A DNA stretch of 64,000 nucleotides, taken from positions 1 to 64,000 of the forward strand of contig JAEOTM010000133.1 of the NCBI GenBank assembly GCA_016839815.1, written 5' to 3'. The notes beneath the pieces were generated by a model. That model ran no database searches. It saw nothing but the letters and a program-made list of their open reading frames with translations, and had not been told where the DNA came from. The translations under genes and the position numbers were made by a program. Source of the DNA: Candidatus Hodarchaeota archaeon. Lineage in GTDB: Archaea; Asgardarchaeota; Heimdallarchaeia; Hodarchaeales; Hodarchaeaceae. This document shows, piece by piece, positions 48,118-58,689 of the stretch. Position 1 is the first letter of the stretch, and each line of letters opens with the position of its first letter.

Positions 48118-51100
48118 TTAAGGAGTTCCAAATACACGAGGGAGAGTTAGAGTAAAAGTAGAACCCTTGTCAATCCCATCACTCCTGACAGTGAGAGAGC
48201 CTCCATGAGCAATCATAGTTTGTTTCGCAATAAACAAACCGATTCCAGTTCCAATAACCGAATACTTAGAGGGAAGAGATACAAATTGCTCAAAAATTCT
48301 TTCATAATTCTCAGGAAGAATACCAGTACCATTATCCTCTACTGAAATGGTAATTACATTTGGAAATATTTCTGTTCGCACGTTTATTTTACGAAAATCA
48401 TTTGAGGTGTGTTTGACTGCATTTTCAATTAAGTTATCTATAACAAATCGAATTCGATCTTTATCCATATTTGCATATGCATTAAAGGATCCTGGAGGTA
48501 AAGAAAACATTATTTGATTTTTTAAATGCTTTCTATAGACCTTTTCTTGCTCTTTCATAAATTTACATATCTCTACATCTTTTAAATCAAAACTAAAGTT
48601 GTTATTCTCAATTTTTGAAATATCAAGAACTCCTGTTACTAATCGTTCAAGTCTTCTTATATTTCGCATTACCGTTCCTAGACATTTCTTACGTTGATAC
48701 TCATTTATTTTATCGAAGTGATTTTCTAGGAACTCAGTAGATCCCCTAATTATGGTTAATGGAGTCCGTAATTCATGAGAAGCCATTGTTACAAAATTAG
48801 ATCGATCTTCTTCAGCCTGTTTCAGAATGGAGATATCAGTTACAACGGAAAGATAACCATTCAAAGCTCCATGATCTGAATAAATTGGTGTAGTATTTAC
48901 AATTACTGGTAACAGCGCACCCTCTTTTGTTAGTAAAGTCGATTCAAATGTTCGCTTTGGATTTAATGAAAGTTTTTCAAATTCTAATTTAATTCTAGCA
49001 AATTCTTCAACTGGAATAATGAGATTCCAATATTTCCCGATCAATTCATTTTCGGTATATTCAAGGAGCTCACAAATTTTTGAATTTACAAAGGAGAATT
49101 GATGATCTAAACTTTCCAGTATAACTCCCTCCTGGAGATTCTCTATAAGTAGCTGATACTTATTTTTAGCTTGTCGCAATTCTTCCTCGACCTTTTTCCT
49201 ATCTGTAATATCGCGAGAAATGGAAAGTCCGACTTGTCTATTACTTAATGAAAAAAGGTGTGAATTTATTTCGACTGGAATTTTTCTTCCATTTTTAGTT
49301 ACATGTGCCGTTTCAAATGGTTTATTGACTAGATCAAATATCTTTTTTCCCATTTTCTTAAGTTTTTTATTCTCCTCATCTGTTTTTACATCCAGAGGAG
49401 TCATATTCAATAATTCCTCTTTGGTATATTCTAATCTCTGACAGGCTATATCATTTACCTCAATGAAGAGACCAATTTCTCCATTTGGTAAGATTTCAAA
49501 TAGATAGATTGCATCATTGGCATTATTAAACAGATTCCGATATTTCTCCTCAGAATTTTCTACTAGTAATTCTGAATGTTTTTGGGTTGTTATATCAAAG
49601 AACACTCCGTAAGCGCACTTTTCTCCTTCTTCTTCATAAACCATCAAACCGCGATCATGTAACCAGATATATTCCCCATCTTTTCTTCTAATACGATATT
49701 CAATGTCAAAGGAGGCGTTTTTTTCTAAAAGATTGTTAAATTTTACCTTTACTCTTTCTAAATCTTCAGGATGAATTCTGTTAAACCATAACTCCCTCCC
49801 CGCTTGATATATTTCTTCAGGAGAGTATCCGTATATATCAGAGATATTTTTACTCACAAAGTTCGTATGACCCGTTGAAGTAGATATCCATGTGACCCCT
49901 GGAATATTTGCAATTAAGGATTGGTATCTTTCTTCACTCTCTTTGAGTTGTCTTTTAGCGAGTTCAGAACTGGTTTTATCTCGAAATGATGCCACCATCT
50001 TCATGGGTTCAGTTTGAAAAGCAACTACCTCATAGATTCCTTTGATTTGTGTATCCTCATATGTAATTTGCTCTAGTTTCCACACCTGGCCTGTTCGGGC
50101 TACTCTCCGATAATTTTCTGGAATTTCAGTTTTGCTAAGAGGAGGAAACGCTTCCTCTATTGTTTTACCAATGAATTGATTCGTTTTGACCTTTAAAATA
50201 TCCCCTGCTGCGGGATTTGCTCCTAAAAACACTAATCGTCCGTCCTCCATCAGTTGATATTCTATCATCCCAAAAGGACTTGAATTGAAAATATTACGGT
50301 ATTTTTGTTCTGATAGTTTCAAGTCGCTTTCTGTTTGTTTATAGCCTGTAATATCAACATCTATCTTTAAGAACCCGCACGGAAAGCTATTCTGGTCCTT
50401 TACAAGAGATATTCGCGATCCAGCCCAAAAAATTGTTCCATTTTTTCGCTTTTGCTTAATTTGACCTTTCCAAGTTTCCTTCTCAACAGTTTTTATTATT
50501 TTTTGAAACTCTTTGGACTTTTTTTCTTCAGGAAAGGTTATTGATATGTTTGATCCTAATATTTCCTCTGCTTGATATCCATAAAGATCTCTAGCACCCT
50601 TTCCCCAATAAATTATTTTTTTATTCAAATTGATAGCAACAATTGATTCTTGAACACTATCAAGCAAACGTGCCTGAAAAAGAAGGCGCTCTTCCTTCCT
50701 TTTTCTGACTGTAATATCAATTCCTTGAAGTATTATGAGATTTGTAGGGGAATCTCTTCGATATATCTCATGAGCTGAAAATTCTATCCATCTCTTCTCA
50801 TCATCTCTTCTCTGGATTTCGATTTCAGTAATTTTTTGTAAAAGAGGCCTCGGTTCCTCCACTATAGTTAAAATAGCTTCGCGTTTCTTCATATCTGGTA
50901 CTAAAATTGATAGCCAGGAATCAAGATCATTAATCTCACCTAACTGATAACCAGTAAGACTTTCCATTGCCGCATTGTAATTCAAAATAGTTTTAGTCTC
51001 ATCCAATACAAGTGCAGGTTTCTCACTTTGACTAAATGCATTCCAAATATGTAGATCTTCAATCTTTCTAAACTCAAGTACTTCTAATACATTTCTCAAA

Positions 51101-51729
51101 TCCAAATTCGATTCAAAACCATGTCTTAATTTATTTACCGTATTCTCCTGATTAGAATTCTCCATAGTTTTATTAAAAAATTCTGTACCAATGATAGCAA
51201 TGGGATGTAGCAGGAATATGTCAGTTAGAAGTTTTAAATCAATCTGATTTTTATCGAATTGGTCGAGAAATAAACAATTGTCCTCTACACAAAATTCTGT
51301 AATATATCTTTCAAAATTTAGAAAATCTTGAGTAATATGGTCATTATTTGCCCCCAACCATGACATTTCACTGGCAACGCGTAACTTAGTCTGTCCTTCT
51401 GATATCAGACTACTCGTAAATTCCTTTAATTTTAATATTACACGATAAGGGGAGAAACAACCCGCATCCAGAAAAAACTCTTCTAGTGAAATTATCTCTA
51501 CTTGTTGTGATTGCAGATATTCATCCATTTCAATATACTGTGAAAGTTCTTTAAATATATAATCCCGTTGATCATAAGGGACGATCAATAAAATCTTTTC
51601 TTTATTTTCAATCCCCGAAATAACAAATGATGATAATATATTCAATCTTTCTTTATCATCAGTGTATATATTGCAAATATGTGAATTGATCAGTCCTTTG
51701 TTTGACCCCTGTTTCACATAATCGAACAT
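48118..51729 (-). CDS. Cytoplasmic MEDS-6xPAS histidine kinase
   Basis: MEDS pattern (HICNIY...LRVASEMSW...FLLHP), six PAS/PAC repeats ending in DIT/DIS/DKT, SHELRTPL, NLIENAVKH, DNGTGI, GTGIGL. Confidence 0.9.
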   Translation of the reverse strand: MFDYVKQGSNKGLINSHICNIYTDDKERLNILSSFVISGIENKEKILLIVPYDQRDYIFKELSQYIEMDEYLQSQQVEIISLEEFFLDAGCFSPYRVILKLKEFTSSLISEGQTKLRVASEMSWLGANNDHITQDFLNFERYITEFCVEDNCLFLDQFDKNQIDLKLLTDIFLLHPIAIIGTEFFNKTMENSNQENTVNKLRHGFESNLDLRNVLEVLEFRKIEDLHIWNAFSQSEKPALVLDETKTILNYNAAMESLTGYQLGEINDLDSWLSILVPDMKKREAILTIVEEPRPLLQKITEIEIQRRDDEKRWIEFSAHEIYRRDSPTNLIILQGIDITVRKRKEERLLFQARLLDSVQESIVAINLNKKIIYWGKGARDLYGYQAEEILGSNISITFPEEKKSKEFQKIIKTVEKETWKGQIKQKRKNGTIFWAGSRISLVKDQNSFPCGFLKIDVDITGYKQTESDLKLSEQKYRNIFNSSPFGMIEYQLMEDGRLVFLGANPAAGDILKVKTNQFIGKTIEEAFPPLSKTEIPENYRRVARTGQVWKLEQITYEDTQIKGIYEVVAFQTEPMKMVASFRDKTSSELAKRQLKESEERYQSLIANIPGVTWISTSTGHTNFVSKNISDIYGYSPEEIYQAGRELWFNRIHPEDLERVKVKFNNLLEKNASFDIEYRIRRKDGEYIWLHDRGLMVYEEEGEKCAYGVFFDITTQKHSELLVENSEEKYRNLFNNANDAIYLFEILPNGEIGLFIEVNDIACQRLEYTKEELLNMTPLDVKTDEENKKLKKMGKKIFDLVNKPFETAHVTKNGRKIPVEINSHLFSLSNRQVGLSISRDITDRKKVEEELRQAKNKYQLLIENLQEGVILESLDHQFSFVNSKICELLEYTENELIGKYWNLIIPVEEFARIKLEFEKLSLNPKRTFESTLLTKEGALLPVIVNTTPIYSDHGALNGYLSVVTDISILKQAEEDRSNFVTMASHELRTPLTIIRGSTEFLENHFDKINEYQRKKCLGTVMRNIRRLERLVTGVLDISKIENNNFSFDLKDVEICKFMKEQEKVYRKHLKNQIMFSLPPGSFNAYANMDKDRIRFVIDNLIENAVKHTSNDFRKINVRTEIFPNVITISVEDNGTGILPENYERIFEQFVSLPSKYSVIGTGIGLFIAKQTMIAHGGSLTVRSDGIDKGSTFTLTLPRVFGTP

Positions 51730-51796
51730 GTCTTGTCTATCCTAAAATCCTCTGACACACCTTCTATTGAAATTAAACATTCAATTAAAATAAAAA

Positions 51797-51827
51797 TTTG
51801 GAAAGTTCCAAGGAAAGATAAGGAAAA
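51797..51827 (-). promoter_or_regulatory. Triple TTTCC motif, site B (upstream of the MEDS-PAS kinase)
   Basis: GGAAA cores at 51800, 51812 and 51822 in a divergent intergenic region, so not a terminator; TTTTATTTTAA follows on the minus strand. Confidence 0.6.
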
Positions 51828-52022
51828 AAGTAAAACTTCTAATTTCAAGTAAGCAATTTTTCTCTTATTTCCTTGACTATTTCAACTTTAATCAAGCTAT
51901 AAAGGGGGAATCCGAACTATACTGATTCAAGAACAGATGAATTTACGTCTAACGTATCAGTGAACACTGTAAACCCTTTTTTTCACATTCAATTTAGTTT
52001 TCACAGGAGAAAAGAAATTTTC

Positions 52023-52062
52023 TTTCACTAGTTTTTCCATATTCCTTTCCGAATATATATAT
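52023..52062 (+). promoter_or_regulatory. Triple TTTCC motif, site C, plus TATA box (upstream of the + strand PAS-DUF835-wHTH gene)
   Basis: TTTCA 52023, TTTCC 52034, TTTCC 52046, then TATATATAT at 52054-52062. Orientation flips with the gene. Confidence 0.6.
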
Positions 52063-52114
52063 CAAAACATGGGAATTATCATTTACTTGAAAAATCACTT
52101 AGGGAGAGTACATT

Positions 52115-54721
52115 ATGGCAATTCAGGATGAGACACAAAAAAAATCCAGTTCAAAGGTTACAGAAATTTATAATACCATTTTTGACAATTCACATATTGG
52201 TCTTGCGATCTGTGATTCAGAAGGATTCTTTATTGATGCAAATCCACAGTGCTTAAAGATTTTTGGGATTCCAAGAATCGGAAAAGTAAAGGGATACAGT
52301 TTATTCGAAGAACCTAATCTTTCGGAGATGTTCAAAGAGAAATTAAAATCAGGGAAAGCAGTAATGTATAAATCTGTTTTTAATTTTGAAAAGATTAAAC
52401 AATTAAACCTTTTTGAAACAGAAAAATCTGGAACAATAGATGTTGCTTACCAAATCTCTCCAATCGTTCTTCAAGGACAATCGAATCTTGAGGGTTATAT
52501 TATATATGTCCAAGATATCTCAGACAAGATTCAAGAGCAAAAGGAATGTTTAAGCCATGAAATAAAATTCCAGGAAATTTTTAACAATGTAAATGATGGG
52601 ATAGTGATTACAGATCCAAGTACTCGACCGGGGAGGTTCTTAGAAGTTAACAGAGTTTTTTGTGAAAGACTTGGATACACTAAGTCTGAACTTTTAGAAA
52701 TGAGTACAATGGATACGAATACAGGAGAATTTAATCCTCCGCTCCAAGAAATATATGAAACCTTGGAGAAATATAATTCGGCTACATTCAAAAACGTAGA
52801 CTTAACTAAGGATGGTACTCGCATTCCTGTGGAGGTTAATACGTATCTATTTAGCCTTAATGGTAGACACGTCTTATTATCAGTTTCTAGAGATATCAGA
52901 GATCGGATACAGTTCATAAAACAAGTTGAGGAAAATGATTCTTTGCTTAATACACTTTTAACAAATTTACCATTGGTTCTATATCAGATAAATTCAGAGG
53001 GATTTTTTACTAAATCAGAAGGTGCTGGATTAGTACACCGAGGCCTAAAAGAGCATATAAGAATCGGAGTGAATGTCTTTGAAGCTTGGCCTGAATTCAC
53101 TGATAAATTTCAGCGCGCACTAAGGGGAGAAAATGTACGTTTTGAAGCACATAGGGAAATCAATGGCAAGATGATGTCTTATCTTACTTTTTTAATGCCT
53201 GATAATAACGCTGAAAGAGGGATTATAGGGATTGTTATCAATTTATCCGAGCAGGAGGATTTAAAGAGAAAATTGATCCAAAGTGAGGAGAAATATCGTT
53301 CCTTAATTGATCAGGCGAATGATGGGATTATAATCATTCAAGATGACAAAATGGTGTTAATTAACCATAAATTTGCTAGAATGCTTGGGTACACAATTGA
53401 TGAACTGCAAGACAGATCAAATTTCGATCTTGTTCATCCAGATGTCTCTTCGGAATTAAATGAGCGAAGAAAAAGAAGGTTAAGAGGTGAACAAGTCGAA
53501 TCAATCTACGAAACTATACTAGTGAAAAAAGATGGTGACTCCTTAGATGTCGAATTAAACGTAGATCTTATTGATTACGAAGGAAAACAGGCTTTTCTCT
53601 CCTTCGTTAGAGATATTACTGATAGAAAAAGAGCAGAAAGGCGGATTAAGGAATCAGAAAGAAAATATCGGATGATAATCGAAACTGCACAAGAAGGTGT
53701 CTTTCTACTGGATTCTGAACAGAGAATTACTTATGCAAATCAGCAGTTTTCCGAAATGATAGGGTATTCACTTGAAAATCTGATTGGTCATTCAATATAT
53801 GAATATATCAGAACAGAAACACACAAGAAAATTAAACTCCTCATTAATAGAATCACAAAAGGAACCAAAGAAAGTTTCGATTTTCCCTTTCATCGCAGAG
53901 ATGGATCAATTTTTTGGGGATTACTGCAAACTAATCCAATATTTGACGAAAAGGGAAGAATAAAAGGTATTTTAGGTATGATTCTTGATATCTCTGATCG
54001 AAAAAAGATGGAAGAACAGACTAGAAAACAGCTTTTGAAATTTAACGTTGAGGGGGGTTATGTTTACCTGGTGAAAGAAAGTTCGTCAACATTATCCCTC
54101 AGTGTCTTTAAAGATCTTTGTCAATTAGGATATCAATGCCTAGCTTTTTCTAGAACTCTTGAACGAGATTTCCAAAAGAATATCGATACAGAATGTAGAT
54201 TTTATTGGCTTGCACAAAAAGGAAACTTAAATTCTATTCAACCAGATTTAAATAGTATACTATCAGAAATAGAGAAACAGAACCAAAGATCAGTTGTATT
54301 AATTGACAGATTGGATTTTCTGATTCAGAAAAATGGATTTAAAGATGTTTTGAACTTCATCTATGAATTAAAGGAAATTGCTTACACTGTTGACTTGATA
54401 ATCCTACTCTCTATTGATCCACAAACATTAACAAACCAGGAACTCCATCTACTAGAAAAAGAAACAAGTGAAATCGAGACTAGATCACTGGATAAAATTC
54501 CAGAAGATATGCTTTCGATTCTAAGATTTGTTTATCACAAGAATAATTCGGGAGTTAAGCCTGCTTACTCAGATCTTGGAACAGAATTTCAAATTAGCAG
54601 GCCAACTACAAGAAAACGAATAAAAACTTTAGTTGCTACTGGATATCTTTCAGAATACCGTTTTGGTATTCGCAAGATTTTAGAGGTTACCGAAAAGGGA
54701 AGAGCTTTCTTTTTAGATTAG
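52115..54721 (+). CDS. 5xPAS-DUF835-wHTH putative one-component transcription regulator
   Basis: Five PAS/PAC repeats; DUF835-like VYLVKE...FYWLA...VVLIDRLDFLIQKNGFKDVLNFIYELKE; C-terminal wHTH PAYSDLGTEFQISRPTTRKRIKTL...LEVTEKGR. Confidence 0.85.
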   Translation: MAIQDETQKKSSSKVTEIYNTIFDNSHIGLAICDSEGFFIDANPQCLKIFGIPRIGKVKGYSLFEEPNLSEMFKEKLKSGKAVMYKSVFNFEKIKQLNLFETEKSGTIDVAYQISPIVLQGQSNLEGYIIYVQDISDKIQEQKECLSHEIKFQEIFNNVNDGIVITDPSTRPGRFLEVNRVFCERLGYTKSELLEMSTMDTNTGEFNPPLQEIYETLEKYNSATFKNVDLTKDGTRIPVEVNTYLFSLNGRHVLLSVSRDIRDRIQFIKQVEENDSLLNTLLTNLPLVLYQINSEGFFTKSEGAGLVHRGLKEHIRIGVNVFEAWPEFTDKFQRALRGENVRFEAHREINGKMMSYLTFLMPDNNAERGIIGIVINLSEQEDLKRKLIQSEEKYRSLIDQANDGIIIIQDDKMVLINHKFARMLGYTIDELQDRSNFDLVHPDVSSELNERRKRRLRGEQVESIYETILVKKDGDSLDVELNVDLIDYEGKQAFLSFVRDITDRKRAERRIKESERKYRMIIETAQEGVFLLDSEQRITYANQQFSEMIGYSLENLIGHSIYEYIRTETHKKIKLLINRITKGTKESFDFPFHRRDGSIFWGLLQTNPIFDEKGRIKGILGMILDISDRKKMEEQTRKQLLKFNVEGGYVYLVKESSSTLSLSVFKDLCQLGYQCLAFSRTLERDFQKNIDTECRFYWLAQKGNLNSIQPDLNSILSEIEKQNQRSVVLIDRLDFLIQKNGFKDVLNFIYELKEIAYTVDLIILLSIDPQTLTNQELHLLEKETSEIETRSLDKIPEDMLSILRFVYHKNNSGVKPAYSDLGTEFQISRPTTRKRIKTLVATGYLSEYRFGIRKILEVTEKGRAFFLD

Positions 54722-55143
54722 AGAATATTCACAAATATTATCGAACGAAAAGAAAAATGAAGTAACAATCAAAATTTTCCCTCTAGTCTAATTATCCTGG
54801 TATAAATATACAAATCTTATTCCCTTTTCAACAAAATTCTCAAACAAGAATCTTTTCATAATTCAAGTAGTTCTCTGTTTCAGTTATTTCTTTCGTCTTT
54901 AAAAAACTAAGATAGCATTTTTCGCTGGAACATAATAAAGCGACTTCGTTTTCATCAAATTTCAGTACGGATTTAGTTAAATTCATAATTTTAAACCAAT
55001 TCTACTTTCTGAGTTGATTGGACCTCTCTTATAGGTCTGATATTCAATTGATCTGAATATGGGAAAATAAAATATCTTAAATATTAATTAAGCAACGAAA
55101 ATGGTAAAATTCGGAAAAAAAAGGGAAAAAATATCCTAAATAG

Positions 55144-57048
55144 CTAATTTAGGACTTTTTTTACAGTTTGAGGTTTTACACTTTTTTGAGATTCTAAAAG
55201 TTTGTATTGAGCAGCTAAAACGGTCATCTCATCTCCAAGTATAGTAAGCTCTTGAGCAGAGGATGTTAGCTGATTCATAGCTGCCGTTTGTTCTTCGGTG
55301 GCCGCAGCGACTTGTTCACTTGAAGCACTGAACTCTTCGGATTGTGCAGCAAAACTTTGTAAAGTTTCCTGAAGATTAACAACACTAGAACCAATATTAT
55401 TGACAATATCGTTAGTAACTTTACTTATATCAGCGGAATTTGTTTTAGTTTCTTCTGCCAATCGTCTTACATTATCTGCAACTACTGCAAATCCTCTACC
55501 ATATTCACCAGCTCTAGCTGCCTCAATGGCTGCATTTAGCGCAAGGATATTTGTTTGGCTTGCAATGTCTTCGATTACTTGTAAAGTTCCTTCAATATCT
55601 TTTAAGGACTGATCGACAACATCTGACATCTTTTTAACTTCATCTATGGCCTTAACTGATAAATCGGATTGGGTTGACGCCCCACGACTAATTTGTTGGA
55701 TTGTTGCTGCAATTTCTTCAGATAATGCATTTACTTCTTCAGAAGTCGAGGCTAATTCCTGGGCTGATGAGGCTAATTGGACTGCGGAATCCTGAGAACT
55801 TGAAATAAAATTCTTTAGATTGCTGATCATTGTAAGGAATGTGCGTCCAAGTGTACCAACCTCATCCACTCGATCTGTATCTAATTTTGAGACATCAGCT
55901 GTCAAATCGCCAGCTGAGACTTCTTCACTGAGCGCTGACATATTTGTTAGAGGCTTGGAAAAGCTAGTGGAGAAGTAAAATGCAATTATACCACAGACTA
56001 CTGCACTTACCATTGCTAAAACAACAGTATTAAACATATTGTTGAATACAAGGGCCTGCACTGATGAGACATTTTCAATAACCACAAGAACATACTCCCA
56101 ATCATCAGAACTTTCAAAACTTGCCAAATAAACTACTGATTCAATTTTAACTTTTTGATGACCATGATGAGTATCTTCAGTAACAATAGCATCTCGCATA
56201 TTTCTATTAGCTGAACTTGTGTTTTTTAGTAATGTAGATATATCGGTTCCAATATATGAAACATCAGAATGAGTGAATATCATCCCACTCCTTAATACTG
56301 TGAAGGCACTGGCTGAGGCTCCTTCCTCTGGATCAAAATTATCTTCTAAAAGTTGTGAAACAGCTCCAACGTCGTATCCTGCTTTTATCATTCCGATGAA
56401 TGTACCATTTGCTGATTCAACTTCAACTACAATGTCCATAAGAAATTGCCCTGTACTATCGTCATAACCGAATTCATGGAACACACCATTTGAGGATTGC
56501 CTGCAGGCAGTCCACCATCCTTCATCTACTTGTAGAAAATCACCTGGAACAGATTCAGTGGAAGCGTAAACATAACCTCTTTGATCTGTAACAAAAATTT
56601 CTGCATAATTATATTCTAGTGCAAAGTTGTTCAAATATTCCGAATAGAAGGGATCAATATCATTAGTGGGATCCCAAGCTACTGAAGTTTTATTTCCCTT
56701 TTTATTGAGATCATTATCCCAATTTGCTCCTTCGTAACTATCCCATAACAGCATTTCATTTGAGGAAGTCGCATTTAATGCCGTAATAACGGTTGCAGGA
56801 TTTTCTCCTAAGTTCTCTACATTTAAGCTCTGAGAAGAAAGTAAATTTTCTACAGTCGAGGTACTCTGGAACGCTAAAGTCGCCAAATTATCGTATTTGG
56901 TATTATATAAGTTAGTTTCCACATTATTGATGTTAAAAAAGCTTATTCCTAATATTGGCACCAAAGCAATAATCAATGTAAAAAACATGATTTTATAGGA
57001 AATTTTTTTACCAATTAATGGAAATTCTTTTGGAAAACTAAAAGCCAT
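55144..57048 (-). CDS. Methyl-accepting chemotaxis protein (TM, Cache-like extracellular domain, TM, HAMP, short MCP signal domain)
   Basis: Two TMs flanking a ~300-aa domain ([20 protein letters not shown]), HAMP KPL...[10 protein letters not shown], tip [24 protein letters not shown]. Start at ATG 57048 behind AGGTGA (track start 57060). Confidence 0.93.
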   Translation of the reverse strand: MAFSFPKEFPLIGKKISYKIMFFTLIIALVPILGISFFNINNVETNLYNTKYDNLATLAFQSTSTVENLLSSQSLNVENLGENPATVITALNATSSNEMLLWDSYEGANWDNDLNKKGNKTSVAWDPTNDIDPFYSEYLNNFALEYNYAEIFVTDQRGYVYASTESVPGDFLQVDEGWWTACRQSSNGVFHEFGYDDSTGQFLMDIVVEVESANGTFIGMIKAGYDVGAVSQLLEDNFDPEEGASASAFTVLRSGMIFTHSDVSYIGTDISTLLKNTSSANRNMRDAIVTEDTHHGHQKVKIESVVYLASFESSDDWEYVLVVIENVSSVQALVFNNMFNTVVLAMVSAVVCGIIAFYFSTSFSKPLTNMSALSEEVSAGDLTADVSKLDTDRVDEVGTLGRTFLTMISNLKNFISSSQDSAVQLASSAQELASTSEEVNALSEEIAATIQQISRGASTQSDLSVKAIDEVKKMSDVVDQSLKDIEGTLQVIEDIASQTNILALNAAIEAARAGEYGRGFAVVADNVRRLAEETKTNSADISKVTNDIVNNIGSSVVNLQETLQSFAAQSEEFSASSEQVAAATEEQTAAMNQLTSSAQELTILGDEMTVLAAQYKLLESQKSVKPQTVKKVLN

Positions 57049-57136
57049 ATGTCTTTTCACCTAATTAATTTCTTCACCTTTATTTTTAATTCTAATAATA
57101 CTGAGTAAGATTTTTCCAATTATCTAATCCCTTTAC

Positions 57137-57180
57137 TATATTATATTCATAGGGAAAAAAACCATGAAACATAGGAAAAC
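57137..57180 (-). promoter_or_regulatory. Triple TTTCC motif, site D, plus TATA-like box (upstream of the Cache MCP)
   Basis: GGAAA 57153, TGAAA 57165 and GGAAA 57174 on +; the minus strand continues TATAATATA. Confidence 0.6.
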
Positions 57181-57364
57181 TGTGCAATTTCTTTGGGAGT
57201 TTCTCGTTTTATCTAAAAAATACTCTCTCCTAATACTTGTACAATCCTACTTTAAGTAAAGAAATTTGTGGGGGGTAGTTACGATAAAGGTTCACGTTTT
57301 TTTATGGTTTTCTCAAGAATAAGACTAGGAGTAGTAATTTTATATGAGGAGAGGGATAAAATAG

Positions 57365-58525
57365 TTAGGTGAGTTGGAATTTCCGAACTTGAGTTGAGAG
57401 CTTTGTACTCATTTCAGCCAAATCTTGTGCAGCTTGAGTCATTTGATGCATTGAGGCTGATTGTTCTTCGGTGGCTGCAGCTACCTGTTCACTCGAAGCA
57501 CTAAACTCTTCTGATTGGGCAGCAAATCCTTGTAATGTCTCTTGAAGAGCTGATACACTTCCACCAATATTATTCACTATTTCTTCTGTTAAATTCTTAA
57601 TGTCGGCTGCATTTTCTTTGGTTTCTTCGGCGAGACGTCGAACATTGTCAGCTACCACAGCAAAACCCCTCCCAAATTCTCCAGCCCTTGCAGCTTCAAT
57701 TGCAGCATTTAGCGCTAAGATATTTGTTTGACTGGCTATATCTTCTATTACTTGCATTGAAGTTTCGATATTTTCCAGTGTTCGATCGACAGCACTAGAC
57801 ATTTCCTTTACATCTCCAATACCTTGAATAGCGAAATTGGATTGATTTGATGCACTTCGACTGATTTGTTGGATTGTCGCAGTTATTTCCTCTGAAAGCG
57901 CATTCACTTCCTCTGCTGTTGAAGCCAATTCCTCGGAAGAGGTAAATAAATTATCTGAAGCTTTCTGAGATTCCAGTATTATTTGAGCTATGTTTCCTGC
58001 CATATTATTTAGAGAATCCTCAACATACCCAAACTCTGTTCCGAACTTCACCAATCCTTCCTCCTTAATATTTAGGTGTCCCAATGAGATTTGATCTAAC
58101 TGAGCTTGTAGAGAGGATAATGGAGTTTGTACAGTTTTAATGGTATAAATGACTAAAAATACACAGAAAGTACCAATAAAACCATAGATAATAAGCGTTG
58201 TTGAAAGTGTTTCCCCCATCATCCTAGTCAGCGATGAAGACAATCCAATGATTGTTGAACATAATGAAAAGCACAAAGAGATTCGAAAATAGATACTTTG
58301 CTTAAAAATGATCCTTAGTCCTATAGAAAAAGCGATCCCAATCCCAATATTCATGATTAAACTCGCTTCTACAGGTGTTGTCGATCCCATCATTTCTGAT
58401 GGGAGGAATTGAGTGACAATAAAAGTAGTAGATCCTATAACAAAGGATATTAAACTAAATAGACCAATCGCTTTTATATAATTTGGATCATTTAGGAAAT
58501 TCTGTTTTATTTTGTAAGCACACAT
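57365..58525 (-). CDS. Methyl-accepting chemotaxis protein with a 4-TM integral-membrane sensor, HAMP-like linker and short signal domain
   Basis: Four hydrophobic helices and no large extracellular domain; TPLSSL...[12 protein letters not shown]; tip [24 protein letters not shown]. Confidence 0.92.
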   Translation of the reverse strand: MCAYKIKQNFLNDPNYIKAIGLFSLISFVIGSTTFIVTQFLPSEMMGSTTPVEASLIMNIGIGIAFSIGLRIIFKQSIYFRISLCFSLCSTIIGLSSSLTRMMGETLSTTLIIYGFIGTFCVFLVIYTIKTVQTPLSSLQAQLDQISLGHLNIKEEGLVKFGTEFGYVEDSLNNMAGNIAQIILESQKASDNLFTSSEELASTAEEVNALSEEITATIQQISRSASNQSNFAIQGIGDVKEMSSAVDRTLENIETSMQVIEDIASQTNILALNAAIEAARAGEFGRGFAVVADNVRRLAEETKENAADIKNLTEEIVNNIGGSVSALQETLQGFAAQSEEFSASSEQVAAATEEQSASMHQMTQAAQDLAEMSTKLSTQVRKFQLT

Positions 58526-58587
58526 ATGTCTTCCTCATAATATGATAATGGATTTTTTAATCACTTTCTGAGAATAATATTCAATAT

Positions 58588-58630
58588 TTATATATAAACA
58601 ATAGGAAAACATAAGGGAAAATTGTGAAAA
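58588..58630 (-). promoter_or_regulatory. Triple TTTCC motif, site E, plus TATA box (upstream of the 4-TM MCP)
   Basis: GGAAA 58604, GGAAA 58616, TGAAA 58625; the minus strand reads TTTTCCCTTATGTTTTCCTATTG-TTTATATATAAA. Confidence 0.65.
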
Positions 58631-58689
58631 CTGAGTTTTAAAGAAGGAGTCGAAGAAATTAGTCAGGTCAATACGTGAAAAATTTGTAT

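Noticed and set aside
55110-55132. GGAAAA tracts resembling the island promoter motif
   Set aside because: They sit just downstream of the MCP stop between convergent genes, so they are better explained as an oligo-T terminator; not counted as a site.
54722-55143. ncRNA or mobile-element remnant in the 420-bp gap between convergent genes
   Set aside because: AT-rich, with no convincing structure, terminal repeats or ORF seen.
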